The notes below the pieces were generated by a model. It was not told where the DNA came from. It worked only from the letters and a program-made list of their open reading frames with translations, and did not search any database. Shown piece by piece: positions 20,907 through 29,765 of a stretch of 64,000 nucleotides of DNA; the first letter of the stretch is position 1, and every line of letters starts with the position of its first letter. The position numbers were made by a program, and so were the translations under genes. This stretch comes from an uncultured archaeon (GTDB lineage: Archaea > Asgardarchaeota > Heimdallarchaeia > Heimdallarchaeales > Heimdallarchaeaceae), in assembly GCA_964534625.1 (NCBI GenBank), contig CAZHRF010000007.1, positions 1 through 64,000 on the forward strand, written 5' to 3'.

Positions 20907-21392
20907 ATGGACTATAATGATTATAATTTCCGAAATGCAAAATCCATTTTGAAAGATAAATTAGTGTTATCCAAAGTTGATCAAACTTTACAAAACTTGA
21001 GTAAAATATCAAGTGATGAAAGAGTCTTCACACAAATAGTCTCACATTTTGAAAATTATCATATTTGGGAAAAAAATTATTCTTTAACAGGACAGAATGA
21101 AATCAACGAAAAATATCATTTATATGACAAATTTAACAAGATAGCAATTGGTATTACAATCACAAGAAAAGAATTTGTAACTGAAACAATTCTGAAACTT
21201 ATGTTAGGCTATAATGATTTAATAACAGATGTAGGCATAATTATTGTACCAAACTCACTTGAGGATGCAGAAAAACTTGCTAGTTCATACCAGGCTTCAC
21301 CTACACTTGAATATTGTAAGTCTTATCTTGAAACATACAGTTCTATAGTCACCATACCTGTTTGGGTCATAGGTTTGATTATAGAAAAGTAA
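20907..21392 (+). CDS. BglII/BstYI-fold restriction endonuclease-like protein, catalytic residues apparently lost
   Basis: DVGIIIVP and IPVWVIGL motifs of the family; the expected D...E-x-Q is replaced by H...G-I-T. Confidence 0.55.
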   Translation: MDYNDYNFRNAKSILKDKLVLSKVDQTLQNLSKISSDERVFTQIVSHFENYHIWEKNYSLTGQNEINEKYHLYDKFNKIAIGITITRKEFVTETILKLMLGYNDLITDVGIIIVPNSLEDAEKLASSYQASPTLEYCKSYLETYSSIVTIPVWVIGLIIEK

Positions 21393-21445
21393 GTAGAAAT
21401 TATCCTATACTCTTTTTCTTATCAATATTTATAATCCAATATGTT

Positions 21446-22297
21446 TCAAGTCTTTCTAAAGGCATATTTTCTGCCTTTTTCATAATACATTTTGGTTATA
21501 TCTAAGATATTACTGGTAATATTTTTTTTGAGCTGCCATAATTTGAATTGTATTTTGTCATCATTGATAACATAATTTACCTCAAAATGGATTAGGATAA
21601 TCTCACGCAATTCACCAATTGATTTAAGATATATATAGGGTAAAACAAGCTGATGTAGACTCTGTGATTCTTTAGTTCCCCTTTTCAACTCTATTAAAAC
21701 AACATATTTATCATTTTCCACTGCATGATCTATTTCAAATTGCGTTTCTTCAATAATAACAATATTGTTTCCAATTTTACATTCTCCAACTACAATGCTT
21801 TGTAGTCTTCCACATGGTTCTAGTGGTTTTCCAACACTATATCCAAGAACATTTTCTAAATAGTGTCTTAAAATCTTTAATCGTTTAAACAGAAAGAAAC
21901 CATTTTCTTCGTTGTTAATCTCACTGCGCAATAATAATGACGGTTCTTTGATTATATTTGGTTTTAAGTTTAATGAATTATCTTTCTTGCAGATGGGAAG
22001 TTTTGGGAAAATAGATGGATACTTACGATTTGGTCCTGTTTTTGTTATTACACACCCTCCACTTACATGTCTGAATAACTCTAAGTCATTCTCTTTTAAT
22101 ATTCTCGGTAATGTTTTATATTCATAATGGGGGATCATTCTAACTGGTGATGAATTAACCGCCTTCTCCTTGAACACTTCATTAGTTATTTCAAACGTTG
22201 TAGGACCGTTTTTCATCTTTAGCCATTTTTGTATTTCTTTACTGGCAGAACTTTTATAGAAAATTTTTTCCCAATTTGTATTTTTACTCATTAACAA
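21446..22297 (-). CDS. PD-(D/E)xK restriction-enzyme-like nuclease (DUF6996/DUF6997-like)
   Basis: WEKIF...FEIT...LPRILKEN N-terminus; QFEID...LIELK...HQL catalytic motif. Confidence 0.6.
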   Translation of the reverse strand: MLMSKNTNWEKIFYKSSASKEIQKWLKMKNGPTTFEITNEVFKEKAVNSSPVRMIPHYEYKTLPRILKENDLELFRHVSGGCVITKTGPNRKYPSIFPKLPICKKDNSLNLKPNIIKEPSLLLRSEINNEENGFFLFKRLKILRHYLENVLGYSVGKPLEPCGRLQSIVVGECKIGNNIVIIEETQFEIDHAVENDKYVVLIELKRGTKESQSLHQLVLPYIYLKSIGELREIILIHFEVNYVINDDKIQFKLWQLKKNITSNILDITKMYYEKGRKYAFRKT

Positions 22298-22483
22298 GAC
22301 TTTTATTTATTTGTTTAAAAAAATCTTTCCTAGATCGGATATAATACAGCTGTAAGTATTTATTGTGTCTTGATTTCAATTTATGTAATAGGATTTTATT
22401 AATAAAAGTAGAATCAAAAGGACTACTACCTAGTTAGAAGGGCATATTAAGACGTTTACTGCTTATTGTCTTCTTTCATCTTA

Positions 22484-24121
22484 CTAATCTTCTTCAGGAA
22501 ATATTTTTTTCATATTATTCAGTACTTTTTCTTTTCCCTTTATGTCCCCAATAGATCTAAACAGTTCTAAGCTCTTGTTGAAATATTTTTTAGCTTTCTT
22601 TTTGTTTTTTAAACTTGAATATACATTTCCCATATTAGCTAAAATATTCGCTTGACCTTGCAAGTCATTGAGTTCATGTTTCAATGCTAGGGCTTCTTCT
22701 AATAACTTTAAAGCCTCACTTTCTTTTTCTTGTTCCAAATATATTGTGGCTATATTGTTTAAACATATACTCTCTCTAAATGTATCCCCTGTTCTTTTAT
22801 GTAGATTAAGACTGAGCGTATAATGATCTAAAGCTTTGCTATAGTCTTTGTTTTTTGAAAATAAATTTCCTATACTGTTAATCACGATAGCTTCAGCATT
22901 TTTATCGTTAAGTTTTCTATTAATTTCCAATGATTGTTCATAATATTCTTTAGCTTTAGAAAGATTACTGGTTTTTGTTAAAACTGATCCCATATTATGC
23001 AACGTTGCAGCTTGAATTTTTTGATCTTTCATTTCTTTAGCGTTTTCAAGTGTTTCATTATAGTATTCTAATGCTTTAGTATACTTTCCCCAATTCTCAT
23101 AAACATTTCCTATGTTATTGATGATAATGTTCTCCATTTTTAGATCGTTATTTTCTGAAGCCATTGTTTGTGCTTTCATAAAGTGCCCTAATGCTTTCTG
23201 ATACATTCCTTGTTTATTATACAGTAGGCCAATATTGCTGTATACTGTATAAACGATCGCTTTATTTCCACACGATTCATTAATTGCTATACTTTTTTTA
23301 TAGTATTCAATTGCTTTTTCAAATTGTCCTGTAATTTCATATAGAGCAGCTAAGTTATTCGTTATTATTGCTTCCAAGTTCTTATCTTTTATCATCTTTG
23401 CTCCATATAGCGCCTCTTCATAATTAATAATGGCTTCTTTGTTCTCACCTTGCTGTTTGTGTAATAGCCCAATATTATTTAATATTCTAACTTGAAGTTC
23501 AACATTATTTGTTGTTTTAGCCATTTTCAGCGCTTTCGAATAATAGTCCTTTGCTTGCTTGTAATTCCCTAACTTTTTTTCAATGAAACCAATATTATTA
23601 GCTGCTAACGCTGCTGCATGTAGATCATCTAACACTTCGTTAAGTGCTAGAGATTTTTCATAATACTCTTTAGCTAATCCCATTTCTTTCAGTTGCTCAT
23701 ATAGATACGCTAGGTTGTTTAAGGTTACCCCCTCTCCTACTTTATCATTAATTTTTCTTCTTATTTCAAGTGACCATTCAAAATACTTTATAGCTGCCTT
23801 AGTTTCATTTAATTTCATAGAACAAGCTGCTAAGTTATTTAATGTGTTTCCTGCTTCTTTTAGATCATTCAACTTTTCTCGTAACTCTAAAACCTTTTTA
23901 AATAGCTTACTTGCCATAGAATAATTTTTCATGTCATAGAAAACACTTGCCATTCTATTTGTAAGATTTGCTTCTCCTTCCTTGTTATCTGTTTTGTTGT
24001 ATTCGCTAATGGCTCTTTCCCACTTTTTATACCACTCAGTAATATTGCCTTTTTGTAGATGTTTTTTTCCCTCTTTCACAAGAGAATTAATTTGATCTTC
24101 ATTTTGGTTCATAAGGATCAC
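22484..24121 (-). CDS. TPR-repeat protein (~12-13 repeats of ~40 aa)
   Basis: Repeated LNNLA/NNIG...A..YY..SL units; no catalytic domain. Confidence 0.92.
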   Translation of the reverse strand: MILMNQNEDQINSLVKEGKKHLQKGNITEWYKKWERAISEYNKTDNKEGEANLTNRMASVFYDMKNYSMASKLFKKVLELREKLNDLKEAGNTLNNLAACSMKLNETKAAIKYFEWSLEIRRKINDKVGEGVTLNNLAYLYEQLKEMGLAKEYYEKSLALNEVLDDLHAAALAANNIGFIEKKLGNYKQAKDYYSKALKMAKTTNNVELQVRILNNIGLLHKQQGENKEAIINYEEALYGAKMIKDKNLEAIITNNLAALYEITGQFEKAIEYYKKSIAINESCGNKAIVYTVYSNIGLLYNKQGMYQKALGHFMKAQTMASENNDLKMENIIINNIGNVYENWGKYTKALEYYNETLENAKEMKDQKIQAATLHNMGSVLTKTSNLSKAKEYYEQSLEINRKLNDKNAEAIVINSIGNLFSKNKDYSKALDHYTLSLNLHKRTGDTFRESICLNNIATIYLEQEKESEALKLLEEALALKHELNDLQGQANILANMGNVYSSLKNKKKAKKYFNKSLELFRSIGDIKGKEKVLNNMKKIFPEED

Positions 24122-24379
24122 AAATATAATTTATTCCAACAAAACATAATGGTATTTGACTTACAAAAATCTTTACTAATAGCATTTATTTGTAATAAGT
24201 CGGATTTGTTCTTGCGCTCTTATGATCTGGTTTTCTTTATCCGTGATATTCTCTCTTCCTGCAGTTAAAGATAATTACCTATGTTATTTTAGATGTTTTT
24301 CCCATACAATAAAAAAAGATTTTTCAAATATTTTCTTCCTTTTTCTTCATAATGTAAAAAAGAGAAGAAAAGTATGTTT

Positions 24380-25537
24380 TTAGTCGGTACTGACTTCTTT
24401 TTTGTCCGTACTCATATCACCCATTTTTTTCGTTTCCTTACTCTCTTCACTCTTAAACTTTGACTTGTTTTTCTTCAATATTTCAACGAGCGCTAACATG
24501 ATTGGTACTTCGATTAACACTCCTACCACTGTTGCTAATGCAGCACCTGTTCCAATGATATCTGAGAGCATAAGAGCTACTGCAATAGCCACTTCAAAAT
24601 GATTTGAAGTTCCAACTAACGCAACAGGAACCGCATCTTCATATTTCAATTTGGCTATTCTAGCTATATAATACCCAATAAAGAAGATAAGGAAGAACTG
24701 AACAGTAAGCGGAACCGCAATAATGAGAATTATCAAGGGTTTTTCAATTATTACACTTCCTTGGAGAATAAATAATATGACGAGTGTAAATAAGAGTGCA
24801 CCTTTTGAAAGTTTACTCATAATAGGTCTGAAAGTTTTTTTGAACCATTCTTCGCCTTTATGTTTAAGTAATAGTTCCCTTGAAGTATAGCCAACTATCA
24901 ATGGTAATCCAACGAAAATGAAAATGGAGAAGGCTATTGTATCCCATGGAACGACGATTTCTGTAACTCCAAGTAATAAAACAGCTAAGGGCGCATATAA
25001 TAGGATCATAATTAAAGAGTCAATTGCAATCATTACCAGATTCAATCCTTGATTACCTTTGGCAAGATACACCCACATGAGAACCATTGCAGTACATGGG
25101 GCGATACCTAAGAGGATTAATCCTGCAGTATAGCTTTGAGCCTCTGCTGGTGAAAGAACATTTCTAAACACCACACTAAAGAATAATATTGCTAACCCCA
25201 TTTTTGTAAACGGTTTAATTAGCCAGTTTATACTTGTTGATAAAATAACTGGTTTAGGGGCCTTTACCGCTTCAGTCACTTTATTGAAATCTATTTGAAC
25301 CATAATTGAATAGATCATCAAAAAGAGACAAACTGCAATTGGAATGGAAACATGAGCAATCTCAAATTCAGAAAGAAACGTGGATAAGTTGGGCGATAAA
25401 TAGCCAATTCCTATACCTAATAGGATACACAAGGCTACCCAAACTGTCAAATATTTTTCAAAAATACCTAGATCTGCTACATATTTCTCTTTTTTAAATT
25501 CTGTACTAATTGTAATCACCTTTGAACAAATCGACAT
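24380..25537 (-). CDS. acr3: ACR3 family arsenite efflux transporter
   Basis: FEKYLTVWV, NWLIKPF, APCTAMV, SNHFEVAIAVA, GVLIEVP; true start may be GTG 25519. Confidence 0.92.
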   Translation of the reverse strand: MSICSKVITISTEFKKEKYVADLGIFEKYLTVWVALCILLGIGIGYLSPNLSTFLSEFEIAHVSIPIAVCLFLMIYSIMVQIDFNKVTEAVKAPKPVILSTSINWLIKPFTKMGLAILFFSVVFRNVLSPAEAQSYTAGLILLGIAPCTAMVLMWVYLAKGNQGLNLVMIAIDSLIMILLYAPLAVLLLGVTEIVVPWDTIAFSIFIFVGLPLIVGYTSRELLLKHKGEEWFKKTFRPIMSKLSKGALLFTLVILFILQGSVIIEKPLIILIIAVPLTVQFFLIFFIGYYIARIAKLKYEDAVPVALVGTSNHFEVAIAVALMLSDIIGTGAALATVVGVLIEVPIMLALVEILKKNKSKFKSEESKETKKMGDMSTDKKEVSTD

Positions 25538-25547
25538 ATCGCGATAT
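25536..25547. promoter_or_regulatory. 12-bp perfect palindrome overlapping the putative acr3 TATA box (possible operator)
   Basis: atatcgcgatat; minus strand ggaaaaaagt-tatatat immediately adjacent. Confidence 0.35.
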
Positions 25548-25635
25548 ATAACTTTTTTCCAATAACCATTTTTCAGAAGAAACTAAAGTAGATGAATGGA
25601 GCAAACTAATATATAGAGCTATAATAATAATGTGA

Positions 25636-26115
25636 TTAAAAGAAGGTTATTATCATGACCGCAGTTTTTTTGGGTCTTCAATTCTTTTTTGGGCTTCAAT
25701 GAGTGCTTTGTTGATATGTGTTCCTCCACCTAGTTTAGTGTTTAATAACACTTCTAAGGGGTCTCTTACATACTTGGTTAAATCTATAACTGGTGTCAAA
25801 TGCTAGAAGATCAACTTCTACTTTAGGCAATTCAGCAAAAATAGAGGCAAGTATAACTGTTTGAACCATAGCTTCTAACATCGACCCGCTCTGGTCTACT
25901 ACTACAATAATTTTTGTAGGAAGTTCCTTTTTTCCTGCTCGATGATAGTATAGTCTATCTACGTACAGTTTTTTATCTATGGTATCATAGTTAGGCAGAT
26001 TTTTCCAAATGGTGCGTTGAAGGTTTAAATTACGAAAAATCTTTTTGCGAACAATATCGGAATTGGGTATTTTTTGATCCACACCGCGAACAAGTCTTAG
26101 ACGTATACGATTCAC
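25636..26115 (-). pseudogene. VWA (CoxE-like) domain pseudogene
   Basis: VVDQSGSM MIDAS; frameshift near 25790 continues as VIDLTKYVRDPLEVLLNTKLGGGTHINKAL; truncated at both ends. Confidence 0.8.
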
Positions 26116-26282
26116 TGACTGCTAGGATGCGATGGGCTTTCCTTTATAAACTTGTCAAATTTTCCTACATTTGTCCAAAAAAAATCATGGAAATGTTGAA
26201 ATAATCTTCTTTCATAACTATCTTTATAAAAGATATAATAGGTGATAGTATTTCGTTCTTCAAGAGAAACAATGAAAAATCG

Positions 26283-26897
26283 ATGGATGAGTTATTTATA
26301 GACGACTGCAATATTCTGGAAGATTCGTTCCATTTGATGAATGATGCGGTGGTGGCGTTTTTAGAGGGACGATTTGATGATGCAGAAACATTCACTAAAA
26401 AAGTTATTAGTTATGAAAAAAAACAAGATCGGTTAAGCGAAAAAATCATCGAACGACTATTTGGCAGAGAAACTATGGTTTTTTCAAGATCTGATCGATT
26501 ACATATAGTTGAATCGCTGGATAGAATTGTAGACAAAGTTGAGATTGTTGTGAGGAAGTTGGTTCAGTACAGACATACCATCCAGGGAGATATGGCAAAA
26601 GGTATAAACGATATAGCCCATAAAAATGCACAGATAGGAACAAAGGTAAAAGAGTTAATTATTGCTGTTCTAGAAGATTTTGAAAAAGCAAAAGATATTG
26701 TAATAACAATAACCGATCTTAGACGGGATGTAAGAGATCAACATTGGCAACTCTTGAAGTTGAATTATACATCTGATCCTGGTTATCTTGTCTTTTCACA
26801 TATTGAAACACTCGTAAAAGATTTATGCAAATGTGCAGATAGAGCAGAGGAATTTGCAGATGAGATATTTGGACTAATATCTAAATATGCTCTTTAA
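26283..26897 (+). CDS. DUF47 / PhoU-like phosphate transport regulator
   Basis: YEKKQD...SRSDRL...LDRIVD, ADRAEEFAD; upstream of a PiT gene. Confidence 0.8.
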   Translation: MDELFIDDCNILEDSFHLMNDAVVAFLEGRFDDAETFTKKVISYEKKQDRLSEKIIERLFGRETMVFSRSDRLHIVESLDRIVDKVEIVVRKLVQYRHTIQGDMAKGINDIAHKNAQIGTKVKELIIAVLEDFEKAKDIVITITDLRRDVRDQHWQLLKLNYTSDPGYLVFSHIETLVKDLCKCADRAEEFADEIFGLISKYAL

Positions 26898-26922
26898 TTA
26901 GTTTAAAGCGAAGGCGATATTA

Positions 26923-27927
26923 ATGGATCCTTTTGTAATTGCAATCATAATATTGATGTTTGCCTTGGCATTTGGCATCGGATCGAATGATGAAACTATG
27001 GCACCTTTAGTGGGTAGTCGGGCAATAAAATTTTCCTATGTCATAATGATTGGTTCATTTATGGCTTTTGTTGGGGTGGTTTTTCTTTCATCTAGAGTTG
27101 GCAAAATGATAGGTGAAAACTTACTTAGTGAAAATGTTGAATATAATGCATTAATGATGTTATCTGTTATTGTGAGTACAACAATTTGGTTAATAGTTGC
27201 CAGTCGTACGGGTGCTCCAATATCTACGACACATTCAGTTGTAGGGGCGGTTTTTGGTATAGCTATCATCTGGGGTTTTTCAGATGAAGGTAATTTTATT
27301 GGAGCAATTAATTGGGTAAAGATGCTAGATGTTGTATTAGGATGGATATTTTCGCCTATATTGGGGTTTCTTGGTGCGTATTTTATTCAACTGCTTGTAT
27401 CTAAGTTTATTAAAATTCAACAAGCTGGGTTAAATAAACTCGAGAAGATGGAAAAGAATTTCTTGTATTATTTAGTTGTTTTTATTTGTTGGACACAGAT
27501 TAGTCGAGGAGGAAATGATTCAGCCAACGCTCTGGGTATTATGTATGGTTTAAGCCCTGAACTATTGGATCCGCAATATTATCTCCTATTAACTATCTTA
27601 ACCGGTCTCATGTTGGCTTTAGGCTTGATTGTTGTAGGAAGAAATGTTATTAAAAATGTAGGAAAAAACTTAATAGAAATGCGTCCATCTGATGCTTTTA
27701 GTATTCAAGTGTCAACTTCTATAGTGCTATTTTTAGCCACAATATTGGGTTTACCTGTTTCCGGTAGTCATATCTTAATTTTTGCTATAATAGGTGCAGG
27801 AAGAGTTAAAGGTGAAAGACCTGATAGAAAAAGTTTCAGGAAAATGATTATCAGCTGGATAATAACTTTTCCAGCAGCTGGATTCTTATCTGCTATATTA
27901 TATGTCTCTCTAAAACTTATTTTTTAA
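26923..27927 (+). CDS. PiT family inorganic phosphate transporter
   Basis: GSND, GAPISTTHSVVG, GGNDSAN, GLPVSGSH. Confidence 0.9.
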   Translation: MDPFVIAIIILMFALAFGIGSNDETMAPLVGSRAIKFSYVIMIGSFMAFVGVVFLSSRVGKMIGENLLSENVEYNALMMLSVIVSTTIWLIVASRTGAPISTTHSVVGAVFGIAIIWGFSDEGNFIGAINWVKMLDVVLGWIFSPILGFLGAYFIQLLVSKFIKIQQAGLNKLEKMEKNFLYYLVVFICWTQISRGGNDSANALGIMYGLSPELLDPQYYLLLTILTGLMLALGLIVVGRNVIKNVGKNLIEMRPSDAFSIQVSTSIVLFLATILGLPVSGSHILIFAIIGAGRVKGERPDRKSFRKMIISWIITFPAAGFLSAILYVSLKLIF

Positions 27928-28005
27928 AACAATCCACTTATTACTACGAATAAGACAAATACTGGGGAAAGAACTAATTTATTTGAAATACCTTTGTTTT
28001 TTTGG

Positions 28006-28395
28006 TTAGTTGTTTGATACTAAAGGATTTAGAATATATTTCTGTTTTAATCTAATAATCTCAACTTGGTTTTGAAGAAAATCTTTACCGGCTCCAGTTA
28101 TTATATATACTCTAGACTTCCTCCCTCGTCTTTTTTTTACCTCAGAAGAGAGTTGTTTTTGTTTTTCCAATAATCTCAGTTCAGGATAAATAGTACCAGA
28201 TTTAATATCAACTAATCCATTTGAATGGTTGTCATAGTATTTCATTATATCATAACCAGTCGAGTTAGGATGCTCTAAAATATATGCCAAACAAATTATA
28301 CGAACTAAAGGAAGAGGTTCGAGAAGATTCACCCTATCTGGATGCTCTTCCTCTAGTGAATTATCATCGTTCATAGTCCAAAATACAACTAACAA
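28006..28395 (-). CDS. PadR family transcriptional regulator
   Basis: GYDI...GTIYPEL...RVYIITGAG. Confidence 0.85.
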   Translation of the reverse strand: MLVVFWTMNDDNSLEEEHPDRVNLLEPLPLVRIICLAYILEHPNSTGYDIMKYYDNHSNGLVDIKSGTIYPELRLLEKQKQLSSEVKKRRGRKSRVYIITGAGKDFLQNQVEIIRLKQKYILNPLVSNN

Positions 28396-28489
28396 TCGAA
28401 AAAGGTTTTGTTTTAGTCAAGCACGTAAATAATAATTATCATAAAAAATATAAAAAAAGGACTTATAGAACGGATTGTTGTTGTCTGTC

Positions 28490-28969
28490 TTATATTAGGG
28501 AAGAAAGTATTGCTGTATAAGAACTAAAGAATAGCACAATTATTCCAAATAGAATATTTACAAACAAAGTTAGTATGTTGATTTTGTTCCAAAGTTTTTT
28601 TTCGATTGTTAAATGTTCGAGAACAAATCCTCTAAAAATCGCAATTACAGCCATAAGAAAGTAAAGAATGTGCTTTGCAAAGAGAAAAATTGAATACTGA
28701 TTCTCTGTAGAAAAAATGCTGGATGCTAGTTGTGATCGTCTTGTCATTAATAATCCAGTTGCAAATAGACCTATAATGCATATCAGAATAACAATTCTCA
28801 ACCTTTTTTTCAACTCCCAGAGAAATGCTTTTCTTTCTTGGGGGTTGGGCATCATTTTACGAATAAGGGGTATGAGTACAAAACCCATAATGATCATTCC
28901 GCCTATCCACAAAACTGTAAATAAATTGTGCAAAAAACTCACTAAAATTGGTATAATTACATTTGTCAT
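28490..28969 (-). CDS. CopD-like 4-TM membrane protein
   Basis: FLHNLFTVLWIGG, ATGLL, FAKH. Confidence 0.6.
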   Translation of the reverse strand: MTNVIIPILVSFLHNLFTVLWIGGMIIMGFVLIPLIRKMMPNPQERKAFLWELKKRLRIVILICIIGLFATGLLMTRRSQLASSIFSTENQYSIFLFAKHILYFLMAVIAIFRGFVLEHLTIEKKLWNKINILTLFVNILFGIIVLFFSSYTAILSSLI

Positions 28970-29196
28970 TTTACCATCAAAAAACCATATGTAGGTAACC
29001 TATATATATTTTGAGATTTAGCTAAACTTGTAAGAAATTTATCTAGTATTATTTAAAACACGTACATGGAATTCTATCGTTGAGTTTTATTGCTGTAGTA
29101 AGTAATTTTATAAAAAAAAGAAGGAGATAAAATCTTTTTAATCTTCTTTTTCTTCTTATTTTTTTAAAAATTTATTTTAATTGAGTACTTCTTGAA

Positions 29197-29658
29197 CTAT
29201 TCTTCAAGAATATTTTTGCAATAACGTAAAGCTTCTTGTTCTCTTTCTTGTAACAATTTTAAAGCTTCTTTGTAGGGAAACCATTGATATTTTTTGTATT
29301 CTTCCAGATTAAGAATAGGTTCAATGGTAGAGCTAACTCTGACGATAAACACATTTTGGTAAATTGTTTCTATCTCTTCCTCATACTTTAGTTGTTCTTC
29401 CTCTGTTGGTTCATATGCAATTTCTAATCCTGTGTTGATTAAGATCATTGGAGATAAAGCAAAATCATCCATTAAAATACGTCTAACAGCATCTTCAGCT
29501 TTTTCTTTATGAAGAGTGTCCGCACGAATGTCTCCCCATTTTGTTTCTTTATCTAAAGAAGCACAAAGTAGGTATTGCCAAGAATCATCATTTAGACGGA
29601 CAATGAAAACCACAACACGTTCTAATATCGCCATATACGGAAGTACATCTACATACAT
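29197..29658 (-). CDS. NUDIX-fold protein with degenerate Nudix box
   Basis: QYLL...WGDI...E..EDAVRRILMDDFAL; EEYKKYQW...EALKLL. Confidence 0.6.
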   Translation of the reverse strand: MYVDVLPYMAILERVVVFIVRLNDDSWQYLLCASLDKETKWGDIRADTLHKEKAEDAVRRILMDDFALSPMILINTGLEIAYEPTEEEQLKYEEEIETIYQNVFIVRVSSTIEPILNLEEYKKYQWFPYKEALKLLQEREQEALRYCKNILEE

Positions 29659-29765
29659 ATTAAGAATTCTTATTTGTGTGTTTCAATGCTCGTGCAATAA
29701 ACGAAGAATCAGAAATCAGAAAAAAGAAAAATAAGCTTTTATACAGCTGAATCTAATGGTAATTA

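Noticed and set aside
8240-22480. Integrative element with att sites
   Set aside because: No integrase, tRNA or flanking direct repeat found by eye
22484-24121. CRISPR-like or nucleotide repeat array
   Set aside because: Periodicity is protein-level TPR; no identical DNA repeats with spacers were seen anywhere in the window
26241-26283. Non-canonical ATT start after a GGTGA motif for the DUF47 gene (and similarly acr3)
   Set aside because: Plausible in frame, but TATA positions fit the ATG/GTG starts equally well; cannot be resolved from sequence
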